From Octopus vulgaris (Eukaryota): a stretch of 64,000 nucleotides of DNA. Position numbers and translations under genes: made by a program. Numbering within the stretch: the first letter of the stretch is position 1; every line of letters begins with the position of its first letter. Positions 36,668 through 50,600 of the stretch are shown here, piece after piece. The notes beneath the pieces were generated by a model. It ran no database searches and was not told where the DNA came from. It was given only the letters and a program-made list of their open reading frames with translations. The DNA is taken from NCBI GenBank assembly GCA_951406725.2, contig OX597814.1, positions 53,940,001 through 54,004,000 on the forward strand, written 5' to 3'.

Positions 36668-39652
36668 TCAAAGACTCCCAAGCATTTCAGAGGCCCACAA
36701 CTTAAATGTCCGATCATAGGAAGAGGAAGCCATATATTTGAGATCTGGTGAGATGTCAAATCCCATGATTTTGCCTTCATGACCAGCAAGTGTTTTCATA
36801 GGTGACCATGTAGGGTGGGTCCATATCTAAAAACATAAAAATGAAACAAAAACAGAAATTAATCATTCAGTATATTTACAGATATAATTAGGTACATTAT
36901 AAATGATGATGGATGACATTTGGACATTTCATATCATGTTGCGAAATGTTATTGATACTCAAAAGGTTGAGGATTTCTAAACGAAATACAAACAAAATAT
37001 ACTTCATTCTAGAAGACTGAACAACACCTTAGAACTAAGTAGGTTCTGGCTCTTTACAGGACACAAATATTAACCATAAAGGAATACAACTTCTATAATT
37101 TATATCTGAACATACAGGATTATTTCTGGGACAAACTGGTCACTCACTAGAAAAAGCCACACACACACACACTCTCTCTCTCTCTCTCTCTAGCATCTAA
37201 CCCTCTATTGAATTGGCACTTCTTTTATTGGTTCTAATTATAGTTCCACTCATTTTGCATAATACATTACCACTAGATGGATAATTTTCTATTGCAATGA
37301 TATCTACTTTGAACTTATCTTCAATAAAGCCTAATATACTCACTCCACCTTTGTTCATAAATCTCATTTTCTCAAATCCAAGATCTCTCAACTTGGAACA
37401 ATTTAAATTTAACATTAACATTCACAAGATCATCCAGACACTCCCAATAGGAGGGCTTAAAGTGACTGTGGACATTGTAATTTAAAAAATTAAAAATCAT
37501 CTAGAGGTTTCTTTTGACTTTAGAAATTAAATAGGAAGATTCAACATTGAAAAGAAACTATTTTGTACCATAAGCTCAACCTCCATATATGCCATACCAC
37601 ATACAGCTTTTTGCAATGATAGTTCAGCAATATCAAAACTTCCTCTCTCACAAAGTTTTTTTTTTTCTCACTCAATATACCTCATCAAGATGTAACCTGT
37701 AGAATGAAACCAAACTAAATAAGACTAAATCAAACAGTTCCACCATTCTGGTAAAGATATAAATTGAAACCACTGACCTTAGATGTATTGTCATATGAAG
37801 AAGTTACCAGGTAGTGACCATGGTCAGCTGTAAGTAAATATATAAAAGTCAATCACAAACAAAGGTCATGTAAAATATTTTTAAAACGTTAAGCAATTAA
37901 GATAAATATTATTATTAGCAAAGGCGTGGCTGTGTGGCACCTTGGCCAAGTATCTTCTGCTATAGCCTTGGGTTGACTAAAGCCATGTGAATGGATCTGG
38001 TAGATGGAAACTAAAAGATGTCCACTGTGTGTGTGTAACTATATGGGTCATTGTATTTGCGTTTGTCTCCCACCACCACATGATAACCAGTGTTGACTTC
38101 TTTATGCCCCCATAACTTAGTGGTTCAGCAAAAAGAGTAAGTACCATGCTTAACCCTTTCGTTACTGTATTTATTTTGAGATGCTCTGTGTTTCTTTCAA
38201 TTACTTTAAATATAACAAAGAATTTAGTAAAATAACTTAGTTATCATTAAGTTAGTGTTAGGAACATAAATTGTGACTAAAGTTTGGTGGAAGATTTTAA
38301 TTCAAAACTTATGAAAACAAGACATTTATACTCAGAACCAAAGCCAGTTTCAGCTGGGTTGGTATCGAAAGGGTTAAACAAAAGATAAATACTGAGACTG
38401 ATTTGTTCAACTGATCCCTTCAAAGTGGTGCTCCATCATGGCCACAGTCCATGAAGCAAGTAAAAGTCAAAAGATAATCACTGCTACCAACATGAATTTT
38501 AGTAGCACTGTCACCCCTGTCAATGTTAGATTGTCCAGGTTTCAAATCCCAGCATGTACACTGAGTCCTGATCCCAGTTATGATTCCAAACTAAAACCAT
38601 TTCATTTATAATGTTAATTTTTTTAAGGAAAGGTAAAGTGAAAAGGTGGCAGAAGCATTAGCATGCTGGGCAAAATGCTTAACGGTATTTCACCTGTCTT
38701 TATGTTACGAGTTCAAATTCTACCAAGGTTGACTTTTCCTTTGATCTTTTCGGGGTTGATAAAATAAGTACCAGTTAAACAATGGGGTAGATGCTATTTA
38801 CTTACCTTCTCCTCCAAAACTGCTGGCCTTGTGCCAAAATTTGAAACTACTATTTTTAGGAAAGGTACAAATATCATAACTATTTATTATCCTTCAACTA
38901 TAAATCTGGCGAGAAAAGCCAATGTTATATTAAAAAGAAACATAGTATAAAGTCAATACTAACACAGGTATTAATTATTTAAAGATGAAATGAAATGCAT
39001 GATCTTTTAAATTCTACTAAACAGGTCACAGAATACCCACATTTTCAACTATGAGCTTTCCACATCAAAGAGATTCTGTCTTTCTCAAAAAAGCATAACT
39101 CCAATATACGAGATGCATGTCAACATTATCATTGACATCCAAATAATAATAATAATAATCCTTTCTACTATAGACCTGAAATTTTGCAGGATAGGGTTGG
39201 GGTGCTGGTCAATTACATCAACCCCAGTTCTGGCAGAGTTAACCTTGGTGAAATTTGAAATCAGATCATAGAATTGGATGAAATGCTGCTAAACATTTTG
39301 TTTGGTATGCCAAAGATTCTGCCAGCTCATTGCCTAAATAATAATAATAATAATAATAAAAATGTCACCCTTTTCAAGTCTAACCAGGCTCATGAGCCCG
39401 ATTTCCTGGTTTCTGTGGCCTATGTGTTTCCCCCAGCTGGACGGGACGCCAGTCCACCGCAGTGTTACTCAAGAAACAGGAAGAGAGAGTGAGAGAAAGT
39501 TGTAGCGCAAGAGTACAACAGGGGTCACTACCACCCCCTGCTGGAGCCTCGTGGAGCTTTTAAGTGTTTTTGCTCAATAAACACACACAACGCCCAGTCT
39601 GGGAATCGAAACCGCGAGTCCGCTGCCCTAACCACTGGGCCATTGCGCCTCC

Positions 39653-39696
<44 letters not shown>

Positions 39697-40416
39697 CAAG
39701 TTCAAATTTTTCCACAAGGGCAGCAATTTTGGGGGAGGAGATGAGTTGATTACGTCGACCCCAGTGTTCAGCTAGTACTTATTTTACTGACCCTGAAAGG
39801 ATGAAAGGCAAAGTCAACCTCAGCAGAATTTGAACTCAGAACAAAAAGATGGATGAAATGCTGATAAGCATTTTGGCCAGCTTGTCACCCTAATAACAAT
39901 AACAATAATTATAATAATAATAATAATGGTTTCAAAAATTTGGCACAAAGCCAGCAATTGTAAGGGAGAAGGTATGTCAATTATATCAAAGCCAGTGCTC
40001 AAGTGGTACTTATTTTATCGACCCCAAAAGGATGAAAGGCAAAGTCAACCCTGGTAGAATTTGAACTCAGAGCATAAAGTCAGGAAAAATGTTGCTAAAC
40101 ATTTTGTCTGGCATGGTAACAATTCTGCTGGCTCATTGCCTTATTAATAATAATAATAATAATAAGCCTTTCTACTATAGGCACAAGGCCTGAAATTTTT
40201 TTTTGGGGGGGGGAATAGTCAATTACATTGACCCGTGTTTCACTGGTACTTAATTTATTGATCCTGAAAGGATGAAAGGCAAAGTCAACCTCGGCAGAAT
40301 TTGAACTCAGAACCTATAGACAAATGAAATACCACTAAGCATTTCACCTAGCCTGCTAACAATTCTGCCAGCTCACCACCTTAACAACAACAACGACGAC
40401 GATGATGATGATGATG

Positions 40417-40459
<43 letters not shown>

Positions 40460-42335
40460 TAATAATAATAATAATTAATAATAATAATAATAATAATAAA
40501 AATTAAAATAAATGATAAAGATGATAACAGTAAGAGGCATAAAGAAACAACAGTGGAAATAGCTACACTAACTGCTTACTTACGTTGGAATTTCACATGT
40601 GAAACAAGGTTGGTGTGAGCAGGAATGGTGTAGACACATTTGTGTTGACGGATATCCCATAATCTAGCTGTGTTGTCTTCACTGCCAGTTGCAATGTGAT
40701 ACCTAGTGATAAACATAATAGAACAGAAACAATGATAAACTCAGCATATAGCTTTATTTGTGTCTAATGACTTAATTCATGTACAAAACACATTTCCTTT
40801 TCTAAACTACATCTTTACAATACAGCCATACAATAAGTCGTTCCAATACATCAATACAGTGTCTTATAAAAAAGATATAGTACTCACCCATCACTGTTGA
40901 AATCAATATCTAACACAGATTTAAGATGTCCTTCAAGAAACATTACACATCGACCAGTCCGAAGATCCCAAACTCTTCCAAAGGCATCAAGTCCTCTGAG
41001 AATAAATAGATGGAGAAACATATATATAGAAACAGAAATATATATATATACACACATACACACACAAATCATCATCATCATCATTGTTTAACGTCCACCT
41101 TCCATGCTGGCATGAGTGGGACAGTGTTATAGGAGCCAGCCAGGCAGAACCCTGCACCAGACTTCTTTGACTGTATTGGCAGGATTTTCACAGCTGGATG
41201 CCCTTCCTAACACTAACCACTTTACAGTATGGACTGGATGCTTTTTAAGTCGCACCTTCAATGACAGGGTCACCAAGTACTTTGCAAGACAAAAACAAGT
41301 CTTTTCAGAGGAGAGTGGGCTGATCATTAGTAAATCATAAATCCAAAAGAGAAGCACACTCTAAGTTATAGAGCAATAGAGTATTTAGATAAAGATAATT
41401 ATGACCAGCTTATGGGTTTTGTGTCCATAAAGTGCTTAGCTTTACAATGTTTTATCAGACCCTAATGGCTTGGTCAGACAAGACATTGTAAAGCTAAGCA
41501 GTTTATAGATACAAAACCCTGTGTAGCCCTATAAACTGGCCATAACTATCTTTATCTAAATTATATATATATATACATATATATATAATTAGGTGGAGAC
41601 ATGGCTGAGTGGTAAGAAACTTGCTTCCCAACTACATGGTTCTGGGTTCAGTTCCACTGCATGACACCTTAGACAAGTGTCCTCTACTATAGCCTTGGGC
41701 CAACAAGAGCCTTATGAGTGGATTTGGCAGACGGAAACTGAAAGAAGTCCGCCGTGTATATATATATAAATATATTTATGCATGTCGGTATTTGTCCCCA
41801 CCACCATCACTTGACAACTGATGTTGTTGTGTTTATGTCTCCATAACTTAGCAGTTCAACAAAAGAGACCAAAAGAATGCATATTTGCATATTGACTGCT
41901 TAAAACTATAAAATACGTGTTGCTTGTTTTTTTTTTTGTCATTGAGGTGCTAAAAATAACATGCACCCCTACAATTTATTAACTTTTTTTTGTTTTTATG
42001 CATAATTGTATGAAGTCCCATGTATAGAATACAAATTTGCAAAAATTGTCTGGAAATTCCAAAAAATATATATAACATTATGAGGGGTTTATATGGCATT
42101 CTTAAAGCCTTGGGCAGAGGTAAAGCACATGGACTGCACCCCCTTTGGGTTTTTTGGAGGGTGCTTTTTCTACAGAATCTCATTTTTTTTACTGCAGAGA
42201 TTCTGAACCTGCAAAAAAAAATCAGCATTTCAAAATTTTTATTTTCCCCTCAATGTCTTTCAGAAATCTTTTTGGCGAAATATGTAGAAAAATACAGACG
42301 CTATGCCTGCATGAAGCCACTACAAATATTTTGTA

Positions 42336-42386
<51 letters not shown>

Positions 42387-45300
42387 AACTCACATACATA
42401 AATACATGTTTTTTTTTACTTTTCCTTATCATTTCACTAGCACCATCCTTTTTTAGGGAAGAGGTGTAGAGACAAAACTTTTTTCTCAGTCTACTTTGTT
42501 TTATCGACCCTGTCTGCATGGCAAAATACAAAAAGAAAAATACTGACAGAATGAAAAAATTAAATTGATCAGAGAGATTCTTCAGGTATTAGGGGCCCTG
42601 AAGCTTAAGCTGCATTAGTCTTATAGATCTGCCACTGGGTTGTGAGTATGATTCCAGCACTACCCTGAGTGTTATGCTCTTGAGGAAGACATTTTATTTC
42701 ACACTGCTTTAGTTCATTCAGCTGTAGAAGCAAGCTGTGTCATTATTCATGACCAAAGGGGGTCTTTTTACATGATGGACTTCTTTCAGTTTTTGTCTAC
42801 CAAATTCACTTACAAGACTTAGGCCAGTCTGAGGCTATAGTAGAAGACACTTGCCCACAGTGCCATGTGGTTGGGAAGCAAGTTTCTTACCACAGAACCA
42901 CACCTGTGCCTTTTTTAAAAATATGTATATTTTTTTAGAGGTGATCTTACTTCCAAGGTTGTAATGTCCACAAAGACATTAATATCAAATATTATATTTC
43001 CATCATCGTTTAACATCCGTTTCCATGCTAGCATGAGTTGGACAGCTTGACTGGGTCTGGGAGGCCAGGAGGCTGCACCAGGCAATGAGTGTAGTTAGGA
43101 AGGGCATCCATGGTAATATATATACTAAAATAAGTTTATATAACATATTAAATTTCTATAATCATACATGTACAGAAAATCTTCCTACAGCGTGGTTAAT
43201 GCCATTGTCACCTGACTGGCTCCCATGCTAGTGGCATGTAAAAAGCACCATCCAAGCGTCGTCGATGCCAGTACCGCCTGACTGGCCCTCATGCCAGTGG
43301 CACGTAAAAAGCACCCACTACACTCTCAGAGTGGCTAGCATTAGGAAAGGCATCCAGCTGTAGAAACTTTGCCAGATCAGACTGGAGCCTGGTGCAGCCT
43401 TCTGGCTTGCTAGTTCTCAGTCAAACCGTCAAACCCATGCCATGTTAAACGATGATGATGACGATGTGATATTACATAATTTCATACAACATCCTTCCAT
43501 TTTGTCTGCTGAGACCATGAGGTGGTCCAAATTACAGGAAATTGAGAGAATGTAAGAATTTTCTGGCTTACTACATAAACAATAAACTTGAACAACCCCT
43601 CTTCATTATATACATCTGTTAATAGATAAGAACTGCAACAGCAATAATAATAACATTTATTATGCTGCTCATGCAAAAATTATATTTATAGCATATCATT
43701 TATGATTTTAATTATTATACAAATAAATGATTTTCATCCTTACATAAGTCAAAGTTATTTTTATATTGTATTGTAATTCTACTATTGTAGACTAGCTTGC
43801 ACCAATTTCATCTAACTTAAAAACAATATTCATTTCTTTTATCCCTTGTCATTATACAAACATTTCCCCACCCAAATCACCCAAGTATTAAACATTATGC
43901 AAAGTGCTTTCTGAATAAGCTTGCACAGAAGCTATTGTCATTCAAATATCTTCAACAATTACTAAACTTAAAAAGCAAAAGCAACAAGACTAACCTCACA
44001 CAACCAGCCTGCTTGTCAGGTGCAGTTTTCTTTTTCTTCTGTTTTCTTACAAATTAAAAATACTGCCCATCCTTATTGAAAACTCAACCCCTACCACCAT
44101 CTAATTGTTCTTAACCCTTCCTAGTCGGGTAACACTTTCAAATATCGTTTATATGATAGGATGTTACACCAATGCATTAGAAAAAAATTCAAATATCATT
44201 ATTATCTTGTAAAATATATTCATACTGTTCCTATACCGTATTTCTCAATTCACTGGTGACAAAAAGACTGCATTGAAGCAGGGTTTAATACAAAAATATA
44301 ATACTGATTAAAAAACTGTGCTGTTTATAACTCTGGTTTATTAAGTGGACATTCACAAGATTGCGCATATAATTTTTTTTATCAGTAAAATGATACAGAA
44401 GATAGAAAAAAATAAGAAATCAATCAACAACACAATTTGAAATAAAGAGTTACACTAATGTGATGATTGTGGTTGGAAGGTAATGAAGACACAACAGCTT
44501 CTGATCTGGCAATAGTCTTCTAATTTCTATTCTGAGATGTTTTTGAGAAGTATTTTCTAGTTTTCTTTTTAGATCCCCCTCTATAAGCACCATACATACG
44601 AAGTGATGGTGCTGTAGCTTATTCTGTGAACATATAGAATAGTCAAAATGAAAAAACAAGAGGTCAATGACAGACGTTTCTTGAAGCATCATTTCTCCCT
44701 GCTACCATATTGAACACATCAAACCACATCTCCCCTTTGTTTGAAAAGTGGTGATTTAAAACTTCTTTTAGTTATGGTAGTAAAGTTCCTTCCCGAGTCA
44801 TATAGACTCATAGGGCCGGTTTCCTGGTTTCCATGGTATATATATATTCCCCAGTGGATGGGACACCAGTCTGTCATAGGATTACTCATTTTTGTCAGCT
44901 GAGTGGACTGGAATACACACACCTCCACTTTACAACAGTAGAGACAAGACTGCACAATTCTTGCTGATACCTTCTCTCACTGTTTCCAAAAAGCAGTCAA
45001 AAGGAAGAATCATCAACTTACCTTTTAAAAAAACTGTTGTGAATAAACAATCTGCCAGACAAATGGAAGATTAAAAAATTACTTACAATTCCAGGGATAC
45101 TGTCTCACTCTGTACTTGTTAAAGCATACTCTTAAGGAATCAACCACACTCAGGCCTTATTATGTCTTTATGCATTATAAACACCCAACTTATACTCACT
45201 ACTAATCTAAAAGATCTCCTCTTATCTGATATACATCAGAGTATTGTTGTTAAAAAAAGAAAAAGAAAACAAACTAACTCACTTGTATATTCCAAAGCAG

Positions 45301-47612
45301 TAGCTTTATTAAAAAGCAATTCACTCATATCTTGTAATTACAGGAACACTGTTTTGAAAGAAAACTCTCACACTCAACACTAACTAGATAGAGCATCAAT
45401 CTTGAAAAAAAAATTCATTACCACCTGCTTATTAGAAAAGAAATCTAAAGAAGCTTCTTGCATTTAGTATTTCTGAAAACATGGACTTAAATAAACTTGC
45501 ACACTCACCCTGTACTCGCTAGAGCACCATCTTTCTGGAAAGCAATGCAATAGACAGGTTTACTGTGTCCTTCTTGATGAAGAATTTCTTCCTGTACTTC
45601 CAGATCCCAGAGTCGCCAAGAATTGTCAAAACTACAATATTAAAGACATTAATAAACTGTAATAACAGCAATAATAAACATTTATCATCATTGCTATCCT
45701 CTATCTATTTTGTCTACTGCTCAGACTGTGAGCCAATCTCCAGTGTTCTGTGCTATTTTACCTATCAGACCTACAACTCCAACATCTGCATAAAAGCCTC
45801 TTGTATCACTAACCATTACCATCAGCTTGCATATATTTTGAGCTACATCATACATATCATAAATTTACCAGGGAATTTGTGTATTCTTATGGAGACAGGC
45901 TGCTTGGAGAATTATTCACTAATCAAAATAGGAAGAAGAGTAAGCTAAAATGTTAATAAGAGAAGATTATGGTAGTTAAAAGGAGCTTAGCATTGTCCTG
46001 GATATATGTTAAGAGCAGTACTATTTCAATAAGAGAAAACATTTTTATTTATACCATATATTTTGTGAACAATAGTTTCCAATGAACCATTAGTTCACTT
46101 TTTTCAGATAGAAAGAGTGATAAGGTAGTGCCATGCAACTCATGCAAAATAAAGACCACAAGTAGTTTATTTTTGTCTAAATGCACTGCTTTATTGGTAT
46201 TCTGTATGAAAATTATGGTGGGAGATACTTTCCTAAAGTACTATATAGTGGAGTTGAACATAAGACTGTCATTTACTTGTGATATATAAAAAAAAAATAA
46301 AATCTCAGTTTATAAAGAATGTAACTGACCAACAGGTTCCAAGGAATCTTCCAGAAGGGTGATAAGCCAGTCTAGACACTCGGTATGGGGCATGGCCTTC
46401 AATATCAGCTACTGGTTCATCACTAAATGAAACATAGAAAAATGCTATCAACGATTAATTATTGTTAGGTGGCATCAGGTACTAAGTCATTAAATAGATA
46501 TAGATTCCAGGAGTGTTGAAGTGATTGAGTTATTTCACAGTGTAAAACAGGTTACATGCAAATATTTAGTGATGACACTTCAATAAAATATTGAAAAATG
46601 ATATTTGCTTCAAAATTAAAAAAATAATGTTCTACAAAACCAAACACTTCAGTACACTTTAGTTTTCAGGATAATGATTTACAGAACTAAAAAAATTTGA
46701 ATACTTACTTTTCTGCCAGAGTTTGATTGGTTAGAACTAATATGAGCTACATAACAATACTTAACAATGTAAAGTGAAGAAGTCAAAAGTGCAACCTGCC
46801 TACTTTTTTTAGGATTTTGTCTGACTTTTGAACCAAATTAAAAATATTTAAAATATCATGTAGTGCATAGACAGTGTAGATAATAAATACCCATAAACAA
46901 ATACTACCTTATAAGGTTCCAGAGTTTTACTGTGCCATCTTGTCCACAAGAAGCCAGACAGCAAGATGCATCATCCATAGTAAGAGTTGCTTGAGGATGG
47001 AACACAATTGCTCCTACATTACAGTTATGGCCTGTAAATAAACAGAGTGACAAATTGACAAAATAATAACAAGCATCATTGTTCTATAGTTGTATTCTTC
47101 TTTGTAACACTTTACAATCATTTTTCAGATTTGTAAAAGACAGAAGCAGCTAACAGGAAAAGACCTGGCTGTGTCATAAGAAGTTTACTTCCCAACCACA
47201 TGGTTTCAGGTTCAGTCCCACTGTGTAGCACCATGGATGTCTTCTGCTATAATCACAGGCTGACCAAAGCCTTGTGATTGGATGTGGTAAACAGGAACTG
47301 AAAGAAGCCTGTCATATGTGTTTGTGGATGTGTGTACCTGTGTGCATGTGTGTATGTGCATATGTGTGTGTGTTACTATCTTTTTTCCTTGACATCATGT
47401 GATAGTTATGAGTGCCATCATCATACATACAGTGTCCTTTGTTTCCAATTTTCCTTGGAAACATGCCTGGTCATGGGGAAATATTACCTTACTTGGAAAT
47501 AGGTGAGGGTTGGCAACAAGAAGAACGCCCAGCTCTGGAAAATCCACTTCAACATATCCTCTGGCCCATGAAAGCATCAGAAAGTGGTTGTCAAAATGAT
47601 GATGGTTTATGA

Positions 47613-47643
<31 letters not shown>

Positions 47644-50600
47644 ATACACTTAGAATCTACAAACCTCGGAGAGTACGGATCAAACTGCAGTCAGGGACAG
47701 ACCAAAGTTTACATAAACCAGACCTGAATAATAGATAAGAAATTAAATAGCCAAAATCAAAAAAGATAATTCAAAGAAAATCAATACTAAATCAAATGAT
47801 AATGTTTACAGTTACTCATCATCAGTAATTAATAAAATCTTTATTTTTATTATGTCACAACTTAGACAGAGTTGTCAGTATTTAGCGAACCCCTGTAAAG
47901 TAGAACTGCACTGCTAAGCTCATTTCTTGATTTTGGAAAAAATGAAGTTAACAGCTTGCCTGTTCACATTAAGTTCAACTTCTGACTGGTTAGCAATAGG
48001 ACATTTAACTACAAAATTTCTAGCAAACAATATCTAAATTTATAAACATGATGATATGGTAAACATAAATGCAACACAGAAATAAAAAATGAAAATCTTT
48101 ACTGCCACTGAAGAGGAATTTTGTCTACTTACCAAGATGCCACAGCAAGCATAGATGAATCTGGACTAAACTGACAGAATGAAAGAGGGCGGTTATCTCC
48201 TATCTGACTGCATTCATTAGACACAGACTACAAGATATTGAGACAAAAAGGAAATTATGACAACACAATACAAGATGAGAGAGAATAATAATTCTATAAT
48301 CATATAGCAATATTACTTAGCATAATTCGAGAAATTTTATTTGTGACTCTCAGACCCAAGCCCCTTACTCTCCATCCAGATTCCTGAGCAAAAAAGGTAC
48401 ATAGTTGCATACACAGCTCAAGAATAACAATTGCAGGCAAACTAATGGGCAAAATCACAAAAAACAGTTTATGCCTGCATATGGGTAAACACTTCATCTG
48501 AAGAATAAATAATTTCCTTAGCTGCAAAGTGTCTAGGCCCTGCTTGTTTACCAGATGAAGTGCTGGGTTCATCATATGCTCATATCATTGCAAAAAACTC
48601 ATTTTTTACAATTAAAAACAAAAGTAGACAACAACCATGGGAGACAGCATTAACAATAAATCATAAACAGACTTGACTCAAAGCTGCAAAGTGATTGTTT
48701 GACTATTTTTATTATTGTATCTTCTTTTTCTGTGAGTGTTGTTCATTACAGCTTTAACGGGAATCTGCTGGAGATTACATTTAAGCTATTCCCACTATAA
48801 TGAGTTCATGGCATGATAGGGTTAACCAGTGAAACTAAAGAATGACCATGGTTTTGCAAAAGTCCTTGTGAATTACAGTTAAGTTTGTTGCGAGGTCTTT
48901 TATGTGGAAACAGACCTCATTGGTGCTGGTGGCACATAAAAATTACTCAGTCCACTCTGTAAGGTAGTTGGTGTTAGGAAGGGCATCTAACCATAAAAGC
49001 CATGCCAAAATAGACAATGTAGCTTGCTGCAATCTTCTTCCTAGCCAGCTCCAGTCAAACCATCCTATCCAAGCCAAGCATGGAAAACATGTTAAATGAT
49101 GATGATGATGATGATGAAGGGGGAAGTAGAAGATAGTTTAGGTTAATTTGAAGTTTGAAAAATTGGATGATACTGAATGGAATTAAACATATGGGCATAT
49201 GAAGTTTTGTATGGTGTAAACCTTTGCCAGAAAGTTTATATATAACACATGGTACAAAGTTTGGGTAAGACACAAAGTGTGGATTTTGTAAGAAATTCAA
49301 TAGATTTTATCTGGTAAGGAAATGTTTTAGATTCAGATGATATAGCTTTAATTTTGCATAATTTTCTAAAGATTGAAAGTATTTGTTTTGCATAGATCAA
49401 GGGTTTTATAACCACATTGGTCACTTTGAAGATGTGATAATGAAGATACTGTAAGAGCTGATTGTCATTGATTACATTTGTTATTTTAAAACTGTAGATT
49501 GGGAGTAAGAGAAATGGAGTAATAATTAGCAAGACCAGAAAGATCTCTTTTAAGGGCATGGAATATACAATTGCTTGCTTCCATTGTTCTAATTCTGATG
49601 GCAAAGAGAAAGGGAAGGTTAAATAATATGAGTAGAATAGGAAATTTGAATCACATTTCATGCTTTTGAGAATACCAGCTCAGACACTCTCCAAACCTAG
49701 AAATTTTGCAAATGAAAAAGAATATTTAGTTGAAATATTATTGGTATTTATTTGATCAACCTTAGAGAGAGACATAAGACAAAACTGATTCTGAAATGGT
49801 TTGATTTTAAAACTATGAAATATTCAGATACAGCTCTTTGTGTTAATTTCAAAACAATAATACTGATATTATAAGTAGTACTAGTAGTGATGTTATGTGT
49901 TATTATTTTTAGCTAATATTAATGATAAATACTTGTTTTCCAATTTAAAGTGAATGTCCTGAACACAATAAATAATACTGTTAAGAAAAACACTGCTCTC
50001 AAAGCCACCTAATTTGCTTTAACAACACAAAATCATCAACAGATAAAATACCTATTCACTTATGATTCATCTTCTAAAAAGAAATTTTCATTTCTACAAT
50101 AATTCGTGTATAAAAACAAAAATACTTTATTCCAGTTAAAATTTTTTAAAATTCATTATTAGTGAGAGAAGCAACGTTAGCTCAAAATAGAAATCTGTGT
50201 ATTGTACTTAAAGTAAATACACTGTTCAGAGCCTTATGAACTGCGGTATTCATCTCGAGAAAGCATCTTTTGCTTGACAGTGTTAAAAAACTCAGAATAT
50301 TTCAAAAGTAGATGAAAATCATCCAACACTGCTAAATACATATTTATGCTTCTTCAAGTTTCCTCAGTAGTAAGTAACCAGTATGCAGATGCTAGTGGTT
50401 TATTACTATTAATGAAGCCCCAAGAAGCAGAAATCTGTATTTAGCAATGTCACCACCACTGCTGGATGGTTTTTGGTTGCTACTGATATATTTCAAAGTT
50501 TTTTGCACTATATGTCTACAGGAGACACTTTTTGAGATGAATACTACAGCTTATAAGGCTTTCAAAAATGTGTCTATTTTAAGTGCGGTACACAGATTGC

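Noticed and set aside
39600-39652. tRNA-like A and B boxes (also at the other SINE heads)
   Set aside because: They continue into SINE bodies and I could not fold a complete cloverleaf; SINE heads, not tRNA genes.
42020-42469. 149-aa ORF and overlapping ORFs
   Set aside because: It runs through a (TA)n microsatellite, has no recognisable domain and lies antisense in an intron, probably within a DNA-transposon remnant.
49236-49661. 141-aa minus-strand ORF in a PRPF4 intron (and the 127-aa ORF at 45565-45948)
   Set aside because: AT-rich with no domain features. The PRPF4 frame is complete without them.
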